Shown here piece by piece: positions 23,607 to 25,861 of a stretch of 25,861 bases of DNA. How positions within the stretch are numbered: position 1 is the first letter of the stretch; each line of letters opens with the position of its first letter. Below the pieces are notes generated by a model. That model searched no databases, had not been told where the DNA came from, and was given only the letters and a program-made list of their open reading frames with translations. Location of the stretch: NCBI GenBank assembly GCA_964035545.1, contig CAXIUT010000258.1, forward strand, positions 1 through 25,861, given 5' to 3'. The translations under genes were made by a program, and so were the position numbers. The stretch is from Bugula neritina. Taxonomy: Eukaryota; Animalia; Bryozoa.

Positions 23607-24362
23607 TCATTTCTTCTTGGCTTTGCCCTTAACACATTGTACCTAAAACTTGTAAGTAGTCACCTAAGCTTTGTCTTCTTACTCTTCGTCTTCCCCTTCT
23701 TTCTTCTCATCTTCCTTTTACTAGTTTACTTCTTCAATGTTGATAATTCTTCCCAAACTCAAACCTGCCCGTTCGCATAAACCTTAACCTTGCTCCAATC
23801 CCTGTTTGATAGCCTCTTCTTCTGAATCTTTTTCCTTTATAAAATGATTAATACCTCAAAAGGTTTCCACTCAAAACCTTTAAGAGTAAGATCATCTAGA
23901 TTTTTGAACGAATCAATCAAAGAACCAATATTATCAGGAGAGTAGACATTAATAGTAATTTCATATGACACTACAAAGGCTAAATAGACTAGATCATACC
24001 TGTAAAGACATTTTCCTTGCGAATCAACTTGTAATCAGTCTTGATATTATAGTTTCCTTTCTGAATAATACATCAACTACATCAACAGCTTCTTTGCAAT
24101 CTCCTCTACCTTTCTTAGCAAACTGCTTGCAGTGAGAATTACCCAAAGCCTACACTTAATTTGCTACTTTTTTTGCCTCATCAATAGCCTGACTCAATTG
24201 AGCATTTTGAGACTGAATCAAAATTTTAACCTCAATGAAGTCTTACTCTTGTTCTTCTTCGTAATCTATATGATATGTCAGAATGGTTGATTCTTCTTCG
24301 GCTGCGAGGACAGTAGTCGAAAGGAAAAGGATCAATAAAGCCCAGATACGGAGATTCATCAT
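23607..24362 (-). CDS. Secreted SIMPL/DUF541-like protein, 231 aa
   Basis: Signal peptide; three 20-nt introns (24061-24080, 23980-23999, 23835-23854) each restore the frame (696 nt spliced). Motifs SYEITINVYSPDNIGSLIDS and AGLSLGRIINIEE. Confidence 0.75.
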
Positions 24363-24468
24363 AATTAACAATAAAATATAACATCCGCAAACTTTAATTA
24401 TTCAAATCATATTCAAAATAACTACTCAATACTCTAACTCAATTACAATAACTAAAATGTTTTATTGG

Positions 24469-25011
24469 TCAATTGATCAACACTTCAATTCCTTTTTTTC
24501 TGTCCACCCACTCCTTCAAATTATCCAACCGATATTTCCCTCTATTCTCCTATTCATGGCAATAAGGCAAATCTTTGTTATCTTGATTCCAGGTGCACTC
24601 ACCCAGTGGAATAGTTCCTCTCTTTCCTGGCTAACTCACTTTAACACAAGTTACAGCCAATCGATCGCTCCAACCGCAATCATTCGATCCTGTAAAAAGT
24701 TTACAAGTTGAGTAGCTGGCATCAATGATAGGTTTTCCTGATTTTCTCTAATATTAGCAATTAGGTCCATAATCAATTACTAATAGATTGGCACTTTTTC
24801 CTGAACGACTGCAACTGATAGTAGCCCCGCATTTAAATCTCTGAGAATCAGCTGCATAATACCATGTACAATTTCCACAACTTCTCCCACATGCAGTCTA
24901 CTTATCGCAAAAAGAAGTCAGATAGTAAACATGGTCAGCTGGTATGTTACTACAAGCTGTCTGAGCAAAGACACAAACTAGTAGAATGAATCCTAGAATA
25001 AACAATTTCAT
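24469..25011 (-). CDS. Secreted amoeba-type (Dictyostelium AlyA-like) lysozyme, 180 aa
   Basis: Signal peptide, then YYLTSFC, AADSQRFKCG, VIDYGP, GKPIIDAS, CGWSD and PLG in the same order as AlyA as recalled (YYLTDFC, TADSQRFGCG, VYDAGP, GKMIIDAS, CGWSD, PLG). Confidence 0.85.
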
Positions 25012-25082
25012 TTTAGATATTATGGATGGTATAAAATATTATGAGTAGTTGTATTGGTTTATTTGTTATAAAATTTAAATAA

Positions 25083-25693
25083 ATGCAACAAGATAGAGGC
25101 ACCAAAATCAAGAAGATGTAAGTGAAGGGATATATAGTCAAGTATAAAATAAGAAATTAGAAGAGGATACGGAAAAGATGGTAAAGTGATGGTTATTCAG
25201 ATCAAAGAACTGTAAAAAATAAAAATTATCAAAGAACAAGAACTATTAAATCTTAAAAAAAAGTATCATCAATAATAAGTAGAACTGAACAACCTCCATA
25301 AACCCAATAAATATAAAAAAAGTAAACTAAAACTAAAACAAATCAACCAGCAAAATTATATAGTAATCAAAAATCGATATCTAGGCTATGGCAAATAAAT
25401 CGCCAAAACACATGAAAGCTAGCGAGTCAAAAAGCAGCTAAAGAAGATAGTGATAGAGAGCAGCGAGAGTGAGAAAGAAGAGAACGATGGTTCTAATTTG
25501 AAATATTTTTTAACAACAATGGGAATGTAGAAATATTTTGATGCATTCCAAGCCAACAACATTCTTAGTTTACCAAAATTAAGAAGTAAATGTTAAATAA
25601 GTAGACATCAAATAGGCCCAGCTGAAAGAAATGAATATTCCCATTAAAGATCATGTCAAAATCATTAAAAAAATCAGGGAAATGGGATTCTGA
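25083..25693 (+). CDS. 183 aa coiled-coil plus C-terminal SAM-domain protein
   Basis: Introns 25118-25137 (20 nt), 25181-25200 (20 nt) and 25586-25604 (19 nt) give 552 nt. SAM pattern LKYFLTTMGMEKYFDAFQANNI...QLKEMNIPIKDHVKIIKKI. Confidence 0.85.
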
Positions 25694-25768
25694 TGGTTGC
25701 TTATGTCAATTCTCTTTAATATAATATCAAATTATATCGAAATACTTTTCTTTTTATATCATTTGTAC

Positions 25769-25861
25769 GGGGTTGGGGTTGGGGTTGGGGTTGGGGTTGG
25801 GGTTGGGGTTGGGGTTGGGGTTGGGGTTGGGGTTGGGGTTGGGGTTGGGGTTGGGGTTGGG
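25769..25861. repeat. Right telomere, (GGGGTT)n
   Basis: Perfect G4T2 repeat to the end of the window; reverse complement of the left telomere. Confidence 0.99.

Noticed and set aside
855-24711. Supplied standard-code ORFs such as 855+, 1831+, 2529+, 3278+, 3479+, 6043+, 9750-, 11525+, 13540-, 14695-, 15626-, 21565- and 24457+
   Set aside because: They are antisense or off-frame shadows of longer TAR=Glu genes; the track wrongly treats TAA/TAG as stops.
1-25861. Standard ciliate code (TAR=Gln, table 6) or a split code with TAA=Lys and TAG=Glu
   Set aside because: TAA sits at conserved Glu positions (SDYTEG, TEDSD, CEIC) and swaps with GAA; Gln-rich tracts contain no TAR; TAA and TAG interchange between paralogs A and B.
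1-25861. TGA read-through as Trp, Cys or Sec
   Set aside because: Conserved Trp residues use TGG, no TGA falls inside a conserved domain, and TGA ends every gene before an AT-rich spacer.
1-25861. Transposon, viral, rRNA or tRNA sequences
   Set aside because: No transposase, RT or capsid motifs, terminal inverted repeats or recognisable structural RNA seen by eye; spacers are mostly too short and AT-rich. tRNAscan-SE/Infernal were not run.

Overview
This window is a complete, telomere-to-telomere, AT-rich eukaryotic minichromosome: (CCCCAA)n at 1-75 and (GGGGTT)n at 25769-25861. It is most likely a ciliate macronuclear chromosome. The supplied ORF track is misleading because TAA and TAG are sense codons here. 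Conserved motifs in several genes and GAA/TAA swaps between paralogs indicate that both encode glutamate, not glutamine (peritrich-type code, NCBI table 30), with TGA as the only stop. Re-translated by hand, the chromosome holds about 21 tightly packed CDSs interrupted by tiny GT-AG introns, nearly all exactly 20 nt. Recognisable products include an XPG/RAD2 nuclease, a catalytically degenerate RRP6-like protein, a RING-CH E3 ligase, a multi-ubiquitin-like protein, two CaaX-tailed rhodaneses, a ricin-B lectin, a SIMPL protein, an AlyA-type lysozyme and a SAM protein. Other notable structure: a ~2.75 kb tandem duplication with one diverged and one near-identical part, an unnamed paralog pair with Arg-rich low-complexity cores, four -1 frame breaks that no 20-nt intron explains, and alternating C-rich/G-rich blocks inside genes. 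All translations and alignments were done by eye and reference motifs are recalled from memory; no searches were run.
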